A model generated the notes under the pieces. It made no database searches and was not told the DNA's origin. It worked only from the letters and a program-made list of their open reading frames with translations. Position numbers and translations under genes: made by a program. Below, piece by piece: positions 1 through 10,000 of a stretch of 64,000 bases of DNA; position 1 is the first letter of the stretch, and each line of letters starts with the position of its first letter. Source of the DNA: Acidobacteriota bacterium. Lineage in GTDB: Bacteria; Acidobacteriota; Vicinamibacteria; Vicinamibacterales; UBA2999. The DNA is taken from contig JADZCN010000075.1 of NCBI GenBank assembly GCA_020851565.1, positions 19,070 through 83,069 on the forward strand. The letters are read 5' to 3'.

Positions 1-169
1 TGCCTTCCAGGCTGTACACGGTGCCGTTCTGGCTGACGTTCACGGTGACCACGTTGCAGTACGGCTGCAGCTGCCAGCGGAACGCTCCGATGGGCTGTGC
101 CCACGCCGCGGCCGGCGCGAGGACAGACAGCAGGATCAGCGATACCCGGCCCAGGATCGTGGTGCCCAT
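1..169 (-). CDS. Secreted fibre-family protein, third paralog (5' part only; runs off window)
   Basis: Not in ORF track. ATG at 169 overlaps the upstream TGA. Reads MGTTILGRVSLILLSVLAPAAAWAQPIGAFRWQLQPYCNVVTVNVSQNGTVYSLEG, the same signal peptide and FRWxxxPYCNVV domain as the two neighbours. Confidence 0.85.
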   Translation of the reverse strand, partial: MGTTILGRVSLILLSVLAPAAAWAQPIGAFRWQLQPYCNVVTVNVSQNGTVYSLEG

Positions 170-1572
170 CACCGCCTCCCCTTCAGCTCGGCGCGGATCT
201 GCGCCAGATCGCGCTCGAGCGCTTCCACGCGCGACGTGAGGGTGTCGCGCTCACGCTCGAGGCGCTGCACTTCCGACACCAATAGCGTCGGCAGCACGTG
301 GTACATCACGGTCTCCGGCTTCCCTTCGGTGTCGTAGGCGACGAGCGCGGGGAGGACCTTCTCCACCTCCTCCGCGATCAGCCCGTACTGGACGGGCCGC
401 GCCCCGTTGGCGAAGGGTGCGGTGTAGCGGAACCGCACCGGCCGCAGACCCTGGATTCCGCGGGCGACCTCGCCGAGGTCCGCGATGTCCTCCTTGAATC
501 GGCGCGAGGAAGAGACGGTGCCCAGCTGTCCGGCGGAGTCGATGACGACCGGGACGGCGTTGGCCACGGCGGTCGTCCTCCCGCGGATGCCGGCGATGAA
601 TGTCCGGCTGCCGGGGTCGTTGTACCCGATGCGGACCGTGTAGTTGTCGAGGTTGGCACCGGTGCTGCCCAGATAGGTGTTGTACGAGCCCGCGATCAGG
701 TGGAATCCCGCCTGCTGCCCGATCGCGATGTTGTTGCGGCCCAGCTCGAGTCGGAAGAGCGCGCCGCTGCCCAGGGCCGTGTTGCCGCTGTTGATCACGC
801 TGCGCTCCAGCGCGCTCACACCCACGGCGGTGTTGTCCTCGCCGTCGATGTTGGCGCGCAGGGCAAAGCCCCCGACGGCGACGTTGCCCCGGCCTGTCGT
901 GTTGCCACGGAGGGCTCCATCGCCCAGCGCGGTGTTGAAGTCGCCCGTGCTCGTGGATTGCAGCGCACCGTTACCGACGGCCGTGTTGGCGTACGCGTCG
1001 GTGCCCGCCTCCGCCAGGGCCCGATCGCCAAGCCCGAGGCCGCCGGACAACGATTGACGTAAGCCGATCGCAGACTTGACCGCGTCGAGATCGACGCCCA
1101 CCGAGACGTCTCCAGGACTGCCACTCTGCGACAAACCGAATCCGAGCGAGACGCCGCTCAAGCCGAGCGTCGTGGCGGGGCGTGGATCGCCGGGCGCGGC
1201 CGCGCCGGGCGTCGGGACGAACGCACCCCCGTGGCCCGCGCTGTCGCGCCACGTTCCGCTCAACGTGGAGAGCTGGATCGTCGCCCCGATGTGCACCGGC
1301 GACCCGTTCGGGGCGGGCACGATGGTCAGGCCGAACCCGACGGACGCGTCGGGATTCACGAACGCCGTGCCGACAGCCGACGCCGCCGAGCCGGCGCCGC
1401 AGAGGTCGTCAGTGCCCTCGAGGCGGTACACCCCACCCTCCCGGGTCACGTTCACGGTCACCACGTTGCAATACGGCTGCAGCTGCCAGCGAAAGGCCCC
1501 GAGGGACTGGGCGCCCGCCACCGCGGGCGCCAGGATGCCGAGTACGAGGACTGAAACACGCACGAAGCGCAT
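169..1572 (-). CDS. Secreted tail-fibre-like protein with NTAxGxxAL beta-solenoid repeats and C-terminal peptidase S74 (intramolecular chaperone) domain
   Basis: Signal peptide ending AGA-Q; repeated NTA(V/L)GxxAL 14-mers; SSSRRFKEDI...LRPVRFRY...YGLIAEEV motif; terminal coiled coil. Confidence 0.85.
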   Translation of the reverse strand: MRFVRVSVLVLGILAPAVAGAQSLGAFRWQLQPYCNVVTVNVTREGGVYRLEGTDDLCGAGSAASAVGTAFVNPDASVGFGLTIVPAPNGSPVHIGATIQLSTLSGTWRDSAGHGGAFVPTPGAAAPGDPRPATTLGLSGVSLGFGLSQSGSPGDVSVGVDLDAVKSAIGLRQSLSGGLGLGDRALAEAGTDAYANTAVGNGALQSTSTGDFNTALGDGALRGNTTGRGNVAVGGFALRANIDGEDNTAVGVSALERSVINSGNTALGSGALFRLELGRNNIAIGQQAGFHLIAGSYNTYLGSTGANLDNYTVRIGYNDPGSRTFIAGIRGRTTAVANAVPVVIDSAGQLGTVSSSRRFKEDIADLGEVARGIQGLRPVRFRYTAPFANGARPVQYGLIAEEVEKVLPALVAYDTEGKPETVMYHVLPTLLVSEVQRLERERDTLTSRVEALERDLAQIRAELKGRR

Positions 1573-1605
1573 GACACACTCCTGAAGACTGACGAGGGAC
1601 GCAGT

Positions 1606-2265
1606 TCAGCGCTGCCCGACTGGCGCCGGCAGGCCGCACCGGCTCGCGACGCGGTTGCTCTCGTGTGGCTCGAGCGTGAATCGCTCGAGGCCGGGCTGGA
1701 CGACATCGGCCGGACGAAAGCGGCCGCGCATCAGCCCGCGCGGCGCGTGGTCCTCGGATTCGAGCAGGATGTGCCCGATCTCGTGGGCGATGACGCGCGC
1801 CAGCATCCGCGCGTGCAGCGAAGCCACGACGGCCGACGCCCGCGGCTCGTTCGAGCTCTTGCGGACCAGGCGCATCACGGCGGCGGGCGACACGAAAACC
1901 ACGCGCCGGTACATCCCACCCACGCGGTAGACGATGCCCAGGGGCCGCCGATTGGGCGCGGGCTTGATGCCCGGCTCATCGTCGGTGAACACCACCTTCA
2001 CGGCCAGGCAGGCTCCGGCGTCGCTCTCAGAGGCATCGGGCGCCGCGACGGTGATCCCGTAAGGAGACCACAGCCCCTCGAGCTCGGCGCGGATCCGGCC
2101 CTCGAACCCCGCGCCCGCTGCCGTCTCGGCCATCTCGAGGACGATGACCGGCGTGCGCGGCGTCGGTACGCCGGGCTCCTGGCCTGCCACGCCTGCGCTC
2201 GCCGAGATCAGCAGGCCGGCGACCACGGAAGCGGTCAGGAGGTGCGAACCGCGCACGGAGCTCAC
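1606..2265 (-). CDS. Secreted HExxH (zincin-like) hypothetical protein
   Basis: GTG at 2265 overlaps upstream TGA (GTGA); signal-like N-terminus; ARVIAHEIGHILL...H...GLM motif. Confidence 0.7.
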   Translation of the reverse strand: MSSVRGSHLLTASVVAGLLISASAGVAGQEPGVPTPRTPVIVLEMAETAAGAGFEGRIRAELEGLWSPYGITVAAPDASESDAGACLAVKVVFTDDEPGIKPAPNRRPLGIVYRVGGMYRRVVFVSPAAVMRLVRKSSNEPRASAVVASLHARMLARVIAHEIGHILLESEDHAPRGLMRGRFRPADVVQPGLERFTLEPHESNRVASRCGLPAPVGQR

Positions 2266-3464
2266 CGCCTGCTCCCCGCCGCTGCGGCCATCTCGGCGAT
2301 CTGCTGCTCGAGCGCCTTGATACGGGCCTCGTACTCGTGCGTGCGCGCTTCGAGTGCCTGGATGGCACGCAGCGCGATGCCATCGGCGTCGATGGTGTTG
2401 ATGCCGAGCGGGTCGTCGCCGAGGCCGAACGCCGCCCGGAAATCCTGCGCGGTCGGTCCGACGTGACGGATGGTTCCGCCCTGGGCCTTGTAGCTCCACT
2501 CGCGCACGGGCATTCGGGCGAGCTTTCCGAGGACGTCCTCGCCATCCAGATCCTCGAAGAGCTCTTTCTGGTTGACGTCGGACAAGGACACCCACGATCC
2601 GCCGTTGGGCGCGAGGGAGACACCGGTGCTCATCGACGGGTTCGAGAAGAACCGCGTGCCGCCGGCGGCGCGCACCCAGAACACGTTCGCGCCGGGAGCC
2701 GTCAGGTTGGACACCGTGGACCGATCGCCGAAGACGAAGGCGCCCTCCGCGAACGCGGGCGTGACCGCGAACGAGCCCAGGGCGACGCTGGAGGCGCCGT
2801 GCGCCGCAAGGCTGGACCCGGCGGCAAATGACGCGGGCCCGCTGGCGAGCACGCCCGCGCCGAACGCCGAGCTCGCGACGCCGACCGAGTTGTCGTCCCA
2901 CTCGGCGCCGAAGGCCTCCCCTGAGCGGAACGCGGCCTTGGCCTGGTGCCACATCATCCGGCGGCCAGGGCCCGTCGCGGGAATGGCACTCGGCTGGTTC
3001 GTGTCGCCGATGGCGGCAAACCCGCCCTGCGGCTGGAGTACGAAGGAGCTGGGGATCGGCGCCGGCGGGACGGGTCCCGGGCGTGGGCCTGCCCCGCCGG
3101 TGGACGCCGGGTTGAAGGCGAAGTCGCCGGAGTTGCCGGCGCTGTCGCGCCAGGTGCCGCTCAGCGACGAGGGGCTGATGCCGGCCTCGATGGACACGGG
3201 CGTGGCGCCGGGGAGCGTCACGACGTCGAAGCCGAGCGTGATGCTCCCGTTGGCCTGCAGGACCGCGATGCCGTGCACCGGCTGGCGCGGGTTACCGCCG
3301 CACTGCTCGTCGAAGCCGTCCAGGGTGTAGACGCCGTCGGTCTGCGTGACCGTGGCGATGACGACGTTGCAGTAGGGCTCGGTGCGCCAGCGGAACGTGC
3401 CGAGCGACTGGGCGCCGGCCACGGCGGGTACGAGACAGATCAGGGCCAACAGTGCGGTGCGCAT
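2262..3464 (-). CDS. Secreted tail-fibre-like protein with S74 chaperone domain
   Basis: GGAGGA RBS then ATG 3464 (MRTALLALICLVPAVAGA-Q); shared FRWRTEPYCNVV...CG domain; AxGxxSxAxG repeats; LSDVNQKE...W.YK...HVGPTAQDF S74 motif. Confidence 0.85.
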   Translation of the reverse strand: MRTALLALICLVPAVAGAQSLGTFRWRTEPYCNVVIATVTQTDGVYTLDGFDEQCGGNPRQPVHGIAVLQANGSITLGFDVVTLPGATPVSIEAGISPSSLSGTWRDSAGNSGDFAFNPASTGGAGPRPGPVPPAPIPSSFVLQPQGGFAAIGDTNQPSAIPATGPGRRMMWHQAKAAFRSGEAFGAEWDDNSVGVASSAFGAGVLASGPASFAAGSSLAAHGASSVALGSFAVTPAFAEGAFVFGDRSTVSNLTAPGANVFWVRAAGGTRFFSNPSMSTGVSLAPNGGSWVSLSDVNQKELFEDLDGEDVLGKLARMPVREWSYKAQGGTIRHVGPTAQDFRAAFGLGDDPLGINTIDADGIALRAIQALEARTHEYEARIKALEQQIAEMAAAAGSRR

Positions 3465-3602
3465 CTCGAATGTCCTCCAGGGCGCTCCGCGCATGCGGAA
3501 TCGCCTCTACTGGGGAAATCGAGAACGCGTGGGGACAGCCGCCACCGTGACCGAATTCTTACGGATGGGTGCCGCACACAGACGATTGGGGATCGAGGAA
3601 AC

Positions 3603-3678
3603 TGGCGCGCCCGGGCAGAATTGAACTGCCGACCCCCCGCTTAGGAGGCGGGTGCTCTATCCCCTGAGCTACGGGCGC
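3603..3678 (-). tRNA. tRNA-Arg (anticodon CCT)
   Basis: 76-nt cloverleaf GCGCCCG...CCCGC-CTCCTAA-GCGGG...TTCAATT...CGGGCGC-GCCA with encoded CCA. Confidence 0.96.
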
Positions 3679-3737
3679 GAATAGGAAGATCTTAAGGCAA
3701 AAGGCCGCTCCTGCCGTGTGCCTTCTCGCTTCCGCCT

Positions 3738-4253
3738 TCAGTACTGCAGCACCGAGTAGACCGTCTCCCCCGGCAGGCGATCACGCCCCTTCAGGACGTT
3801 CAGCTCGATGAGGAACGCGAGGGCGCGCAGGTCGCCGCCGATCTGTTTCACCAGGCGCGCAGCAGCTTCCGCGGTCCCGCCCGTCGCCAGCACGTCGTCC
3901 ACGATGAGCACGCGACTGCCCGGCGCGACCGCGTCATCGTGCATCTCGAGGCTGTCGGCGCCGTACTCCAGCGAGTAGCTCGCCTTGACGGTCCGGGACG
4001 GCAGCTTCCCCGGCTTGCGGATGGGCACGAAGCCGCAGCCCAGGGCGTTGGCGACAGCCGCGCCGAGGATGAACCCCCGGCTCTCGATGCCCACCACCGC
4101 GTCGATGTCCTCGCCCATGTAAGGCGCGGCCAACGCGTCCACCGTGTCCCGGAATCCGCGGGCGTCGCCGAGGAGCGTGGTGATGTCGTAGAAGAGAATC
4201 CCCGGCTTCGGGAAGTCGGGGACGTGACGGATCTTGGCCTTCAGGTGGTCCAT
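3738..4253 (-). CDS. apt: Adenine phosphoribosyltransferase
   Basis: PDFPKPGILFYDIT, ESRGF, RKPGKLP, VLIVDDVLATGGT PRPP-binding motif. Confidence 0.97.
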   Translation of the reverse strand: MDHLKAKIRHVPDFPKPGILFYDITTLLGDARGFRDTVDALAAPYMGEDIDAVVGIESRGFILGAAVANALGCGFVPIRKPGKLPSRTVKASYSLEYGADSLEMHDDAVAPGSRVLIVDDVLATGGTAEAAARLVKQIGGDLRALAFLIELNVLKGRDRLPGETVYSVLQY

Positions 4254-4344
4254 AGGGATCAGGGATCGGGGATCAGGGATCAGGGATCAGGGAACAGGGA
4301 TCGGGGATCAGGGAACAGGGATCGGGGATCAGGGATCAGGGATC
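4254..4344. repeat. Heptamer tandem repeat (A/G)GGGA(T/A)C x13
   Basis: 13 consecutive 7-bp units counted; the array abuts the apt start codon. Confidence 0.95.
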
Positions 4345-4354
4345 AGGCGGCGAC

Positions 4355-4627
4355 TCAATCGATGAAGAAGGTGGGCGATGTCGCCAGGGGCTCGATGTCT
4401 TCGACGCGGACGTGTTCGACACGGGCGCGGGACGGGCCCCGGCGCAGGGCACGCTCGAAGCGGTCCATCGACTCGGCCTCCCCTTGTGCCAAGGCTTCCA
4501 CCGTGCCGTCCTCCATGTTGTGCACGGCGCCGGACAGCCCCTCGCGCCGCGCCGCATCGGCGGCGAAATAGCGGAAGCCCACGCCCTGCACGCGTCCGCT
4601 CACCACGAACCGCCGGGCCACGCGCAT
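4355..4627 (-). CDS. acyP: Acylphosphatase
   Basis: VSGRVQGVGFR and GxVxNxxDGTVE signatures. Confidence 0.95.
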   Translation of the reverse strand: MRVARRFVVSGRVQGVGFRYFAADAARREGLSGAVHNMEDGTVEALAQGEAESMDRFERALRRGPSRARVEHVRVEDIEPLATSPTFFID

Positions 4628-4636
4628 CCCGCTATC

Positions 4637-5869
4637 TTAGCGCGACGCCTCGGGGCCGTCGAGCGGCGCGGGCTCGTGGTGGCGGCGGAGGTACACGCTG
4701 ACGGTCGCGCCCTTCCCCACCTGGCTCTCGATGAGCACGTATCCGTGATTCTGCTTCACGATCCCGAAGACCGACGCGAGGCCGATGCCCGTTCCCTGGC
4801 CCTTCGGCTTGGTCGTGAAGAACGGCACAAAGGCGTGTTTCACCACGTCCGGCTCCATGCCGACGCCGGTGTCGCGCACGCGGAGACACACGTAGTCGCC
4901 GGGAACGGCGCCGGTGTGCGCCTGGCAGAACTCCTGCGTCAGCTCCACGTTGCACACGGTGATCTCGCAGAGGCCGCCCGAGGGCATCGCATCGCGGGCG
5001 TTGGTCACCAGGTTCAGGACGATCTGGTCCACCTGCGAGGGATCGATGTACACCGGCCACGGAGACGGGTCGAGCATCACCTGGAGGTCGACGCGGTCGC
5101 CCGCCGCGTGGCGCAGCATCGCGTCGAGCGCCGACAGGTGGGCCGACAGCGACAGGGACTCGGGCTCCACCTCCTGGCTGCGACTGAAGCCGAGCAGCTG
5201 GCCTACAAGCCGCGCGGCGCGCTGCGCCGAGGCGTCGATCTCCTTCAGGTCGGCGGCCGCGGGATGGTCGTTGCCCAACTGGTACTGGACAGCCTCGGAC
5301 AGCCCGAGGATCACGGTGAGGATGTTGTTGAAGTCGTGCGCGATGCCGGCTGCGAGGCGGCCGAGCGCCTCGCCGCGCTCGGCATTCTTCAGCGCCTCGA
5401 CGGCGCGTCGCCGCTGCTCCTCGTGTTCCACCCGCTCGGTGATGTCCCGCGCGATCCCCTGGTAGCCGACGACGCGGCCGGCCGCATCCAGCGTGGGCAC
5501 GACGCGATCCTCGATGTGCCGGTACTGTCCCTCGCTGTCGCGGAGCCGGTAGGTCCGCGTGCCCTCCTGTCCAGACGCCAGGATCGCCAGCGTCTGCCGC
5601 ATCATCTCCGCCGCATCATCGGGATGCACCCGTTCGATCCAGCGGTTCGGGCTCGTCTTGAACGCTTCGGGTGAATAGCCGGTCAGCCGCTGGCACTGCG
5701 GGCTCACGAACGTCACGACACCGCGGAACGGGTCGTTGTCGACGTGCACCCGATAAAAGATCTCGCTCGCCCTCTCGACGAACATCGCGAGGACGTCAGG
5801 TGGGACGGTCTGAGACACGTGCCGTAGGGTAACCGCACCGGAGGCCTCCTGGGATGCCCGGTTGCACAC
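4637..5869 (-). CDS. PAS sensor histidine kinase without receiver domain; true start probably 50-90 bp inside the ORF
   Basis: PAS/PAC (VHPDD, YQGIARDITER), H-box AHDFNNIL, N-box NARDAM, G-boxes DTGVGM, FFTTK, GTGIGL. Confidence 0.9.
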   Translation of the reverse strand: MCNRASQEASGAVTLRHVSQTVPPDVLAMFVERASEIFYRVHVDNDPFRGVVTFVSPQCQRLTGYSPEAFKTSPNRWIERVHPDDAAEMMRQTLAILASGQEGTRTYRLRDSEGQYRHIEDRVVPTLDAAGRVVGYQGIARDITERVEHEEQRRRAVEALKNAERGEALGRLAAGIAHDFNNILTVILGLSEAVQYQLGNDHPAAADLKEIDASAQRAARLVGQLLGFSRSQEVEPESLSLSAHLSALDAMLRHAAGDRVDLQVMLDPSPWPVYIDPSQVDQIVLNLVTNARDAMPSGGLCEITVCNVELTQEFCQAHTGAVPGDYVCLRVRDTGVGMEPDVVKHAFVPFFTTKPKGQGTGIGLASVFGIVKQNHGYVLIESQVGKGATVSVYLRRHHEPAPLDGPEASR

Positions 5870-5970
5870 AGAATTGCACGGGGGGCCGGATCACGATCTT
5901 GGCAATTGCCTCACGCAGCCCGAGAGGCGATGCTAGTGGCCGCTCCGCTCGCCCCGCTTACCGGAGACCG

Positions 5971-6948
5971 ATGACCGAGCCGCTGAGACGATCCGCCATC
6001 CTCATCGCCCATCACGATTCCGCCATCGGACGGCACCTCGAGCAGACGCTGGCCTCTGATGGCCACGAGGTCACGTTCGTGTCCGACCCTGGCAGCGCCC
6101 TGCACCACGCGCGAACGAACGTTCCAGACGTCCTGCTGGTGAGCGTGGCGCTGGCCGGGCGCGAGGACCTCGTGTTCTGCCGCCAGTGGCGCCTCGAGGC
6201 GCAGACGCGGCTCGTGCCGCTGGTCCTGGTGAGCGATCACGCCGATCGCGAGAGCCGGGTACGCGGACTCGACTCGGGTGCGGATGACTTCCTGGGCACG
6301 CCCGTCGATCGGGCCGAACTGCTGGCGCGCGTGCGGTCGCTGGTGCGTCTCAAGCGATCCACCGACGAGATGGACTCTGCGGCAGCGATCATCACGACGC
6401 TTGCGGTGATGATCGAGGCGCGCGACGGGTACTCGGAAGGGCATTGCCATCGCATGGCGAACTACGCGACGGCGCTGGGGCGCGCCCTCGGCCTGGGCGA
6501 CGCGGATCTCCAGGCGCTACGTCGCGGCGGCTTCCTGCACGACATCGGGATGCTGGCCATCCCCGACTCGGTGCTGCGTACGAAGGGGCCGCTGACGACG
6601 GAAGAGTACCGGCTCGTGCAGTCGCACACCGTCATCGGCGACGAGCTGTGCGGCAACCTCCGCTCGCTGCAGGCGATCCGCCCCATCGTGCGCAGCCACC
6701 ACGAGCGGCTCGACGGGTCGGGCTACCCGGATGGGCTTCGCGGCGACGGGATACCCCTGCTGGCGCAGATCATCGGCATCGTGGACGTCTTCGACGCCAT
6801 CACCTCGCGCCGCGCCTATCACGACGAGCAGCCCGCCTCGCAGGCGCTGGACGTGCTGCGCCGCCAGGTGGACCTGGGCTGGCGCCGGGCCGACATGGTG
6901 CGGGCGTTCGCCGGCCTCGTGCAGGAGGGCAAGCTGGGCGGGGTGTGA
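5971..6948 (+). CDS. Receiver-HD-GYP c-di-GMP phosphodiesterase (RpfG-like)
   Basis: Degenerate REC domain, then HCHR, LHDIG and HHERLDGSGYPDGL; GGAGA RBS before ATG 5971. Confidence 0.9.
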   Translation: MTEPLRRSAILIAHHDSAIGRHLEQTLASDGHEVTFVSDPGSALHHARTNVPDVLLVSVALAGREDLVFCRQWRLEAQTRLVPLVLVSDHADRESRVRGLDSGADDFLGTPVDRAELLARVRSLVRLKRSTDEMDSAAAIITTLAVMIEARDGYSEGHCHRMANYATALGRALGLGDADLQALRRGGFLHDIGMLAIPDSVLRTKGPLTTEEYRLVQSHTVIGDELCGNLRSLQAIRPIVRSHHERLDGSGYPDGLRGDGIPLLAQIIGIVDVFDAITSRRAYHDEQPASQALDVLRRQVDLGWRRADMVRAFAGLVQEGKLGGV

Positions 6949-7021
6949 TCGGCGTGTGCCTGCCGGGCCGGAAGGTGATCCGGACCGGCAGGCGCAGCAC
7001 CGCGCGCCATGGCGCTCCGGC

Positions 7022-10000
7022 CTACGGCCGGCGCGGCTGGGGTGTCTGGGGCGGCACGGGCACGTCCGTGCTCACCGCCTCGATCTTCTCGCGCTGGAAC
7101 GCGGCGTTCAGGCGGGGCAGATCCGTCTTGATCGTGGCGTCCTTCTTCTGCAGCTCGGCGTCCAGCGCCTTCGACAGCTCGTCGAACACCTCGTACGTCT
7201 GCTGCGTCGGCCGGTGGTCGGCGCTCTCGATGATGCCCATCAGCGCGGCGATCTTGTTGTTCAACTTGATCGGGTAGTTGAGCGGATCCTGGCCGCTCTG
7301 GTTCCGCACCTGGTAGACCTCCTGCTCCACCGCGGCGAGCGAGTTCAGCACGCTGTCGGCGAGCTTCTGGATCTCGGCCTTCCGCCGCGGGCCCACCTTC
7401 TCGAGCCGCTGGTTGATCTGCTCCCGGATGCCCCGAATCTGGATGACCGCCAAGTTCGCGGCGGTCACCTTGTCGCGGACCTGCTGCGAGAGCTTGAACT
7501 GCTCGTGCAGGTAGGCCTCCGTGACGCCGTCGGCCACCAGGCGCGGGTCGATGCCGAGCGTGAAGTCGCGTGTCTTCGTCTCGCCGTTGGCGGTGACGCG
7601 CACCGTGTACTTCCCGGGCGGGGCCGCGGGCCCGCGCTGCGGCTGCGCGGCCCACATGATCATGCCCGGGAAGACGACGGCGCCCTCGTAGCGCATGTCC
7701 CAGGTGAAGCGGTTCATGCCCTTCGCCACGCCCACGCGCGCCGGCGCCATGCCGAAGAAGGCCGCCATCTCCGGATCGACGCCCTCGGGCAGCCCCGTGC
7801 CGGTCGGCTTGGGGGTGCCCGTGAACGACCGCAGCACGGTTCCCTGCGCGTCCAGGAACTCGATCTTCACCTCGTCCGCATCCTTGCCCAGGTAGTAGTC
7901 GAACGTGACGTTGCGGTCGCGCCCGCGCATCGGGTTGAACGTCTCGAAGACGAAGAGGTTGCTGGCCGTGAGCTCCGGCGTCGCCTGGCGCAGCACGCCG
8001 ATGTTGTCGAGGATGTAGAAGCCGCGGCCGTGCGTGCCGATTACCAGGTCCCGTTCCTCGACGACGATGCCGTGCACAGGCGTGGTCGGGAGGTTCAGCC
8101 TGAGGGACTGCCACGAAGCGCCGTCGTTGAACGACACGTAGATGCCGTGCTCGGTGCCCACGTAAAGCTGCCCGCGCTTCTTCGGATCCTCGCGGATCAC
8201 GCGCGGGAAGTCGTTCTCCGGGATGCCGTTCACGATCTTCGTCCAGGTCTTGCCGAAGTCCGCCGTCTTGTAGATGTACGGGCGGCGGTCGCCGAGCTGG
8301 TACCGGTTGCCGGCGAGATAGGCCACGCCGTTCTGGTGGGGCGACGCCTCGATGAGGCTGATGCGCGTGAAGTCCGGAAGGTCCGGCGGCGTCACCCGCT
8401 CCCAGTTCTTGCCGCCGTCACGCGTCACGTGCACCCAGCCGTCGTCCGAACCGGTCCAGAGCGTGTTGCCGTCCTGCCACGACGCGGCGATGGTGAAGAT
8501 GACCGCGTAGGTCTCGACGCCCGTCTGGTCCCTCGTGATCGGGCCGCCGGAGGCCTGCATCGTCTTCGGATCCGAGCGGGTGAGGTTGGGGCTGATCTTC
8601 TCCCAGCTCTGGCCGCCATTGGTGGTCCGCCACAGGTGCTGTGACGAGGCGTAGAGGGTCTTCCCGTCCACGGGCGAGAAGACGATCGGATAGGTCCACT
8701 GGAAGCGCTCCTTGATGTCGATCGCGGAGTACCCCATCGGGTTGTTCGGGTAGATGTTCACGGCCCGCTGCTGCCCCGTCTCGCGATCCAGGCGGCTCAG
8801 GAAGCCGCCGTAGCTGCCCGCGTAGAAGACGTTCACGTCGTTCGGGTCGGGCGCGATGTAGCCGCTCTCGCCCCCGCCCGCCGCGTAGAAGATGGGTGGG
8901 AGGCTCCCCTCGCCCGCCCCGGCCTGGGCCTGGCTGCCGACGCACGCGGTGGAGTTGTCCTGCTGCGCGCCGCACACGTGATAGGGCACGTGCTTCGTCG
9001 TGAACACGTTGTAGAACTGGCCAGTGGCGAAGTCCTGGCTGGTCCACGTGCGGCCGCCGTTCACCGTGACGTTGCCTCCGCCGTCGTTGGACTGCACCAT
9101 GCGCTGGTTGTCGGTGGCCGAGATCCACAGGTCGTGGTTGTCCCCGTGCGGCACGCGGATGGTGGAGGTCGTCTTGCCGCCGTCGGTGGACTTGTGGAAC
9201 TGGACGTTCAGGACGTAGACCGTGTCCTTCTCCTGCGTGTCGGCCACGACGCGCGTGTAGTAGAACGCGCGCTGCCGCAGGTTGCGGTTCTCGTTCACCA
9301 GCTTCCAGCTGGCGCCCGCGTCGTCCGAGACGAACAGGCCACCCTTCTCGTTCTCGATGATCGCGTAGACGCGGTTGCCGTCCGCGGGCGAGACCGAGAC
9401 GCCGACCTTGCCCCACAGGCCCGTGGGCAGGCCCGGATTCTTGGTGATCTCCGTCCAGGTGTCCCCGCCGTCGGTGGACTTGAAGAGCCCGCTCCCAGGG
9501 CCGCCGCTTGACATGCCCCAGGGGCTCCGGAACGCCTCCCAGAGTCCGGCGTAGATCACACTGGGGTTCTTCGGGTCGATCGAGACGTCCACGCCCGCGG
9601 TCTTCTCGTCGCGGTACAGGGTCTTGCGGAACGTCTGCCCGCCGTCGGTGGACTTGAAGATGCCGCGCTCGGGATGGTCGTTGTAGACCTGGCCGAAGAC
9701 CGCCGCGTAGACGATGTCGCAGTTGGTGGGGTGCAGGCGGATGCGGGCGATGGCCTGCGACTCGCGCAGCTGCGGCAGGTGGGTCCACGTCCGGCCGCCG
9801 TCGGTGGTCTTGTAGAGGCCGTCGCCCTGGATGATGTTGCCGCGGAACTGCGTCTCTCCCCCGCCGATGTACACGATGTCGGGGTTCGTCTGGCAGACGG
9901 CGAGCGAACCGATCGACGAGGCGGTGATCTTGCCGTCGGTCATCGGCTCCCAGTTGTTGCCGCCGTCGGTGGTCTTCCACGCGCCGCCGCCCGTGGCGCC

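Noticed and set aside
1..3678. Prophage at tRNA-Arg suggested by tail-fibre domains
   Set aside because: The proteins have Sec signal peptides, and no integrase, capsid, terminase or att duplication is visible in the window.
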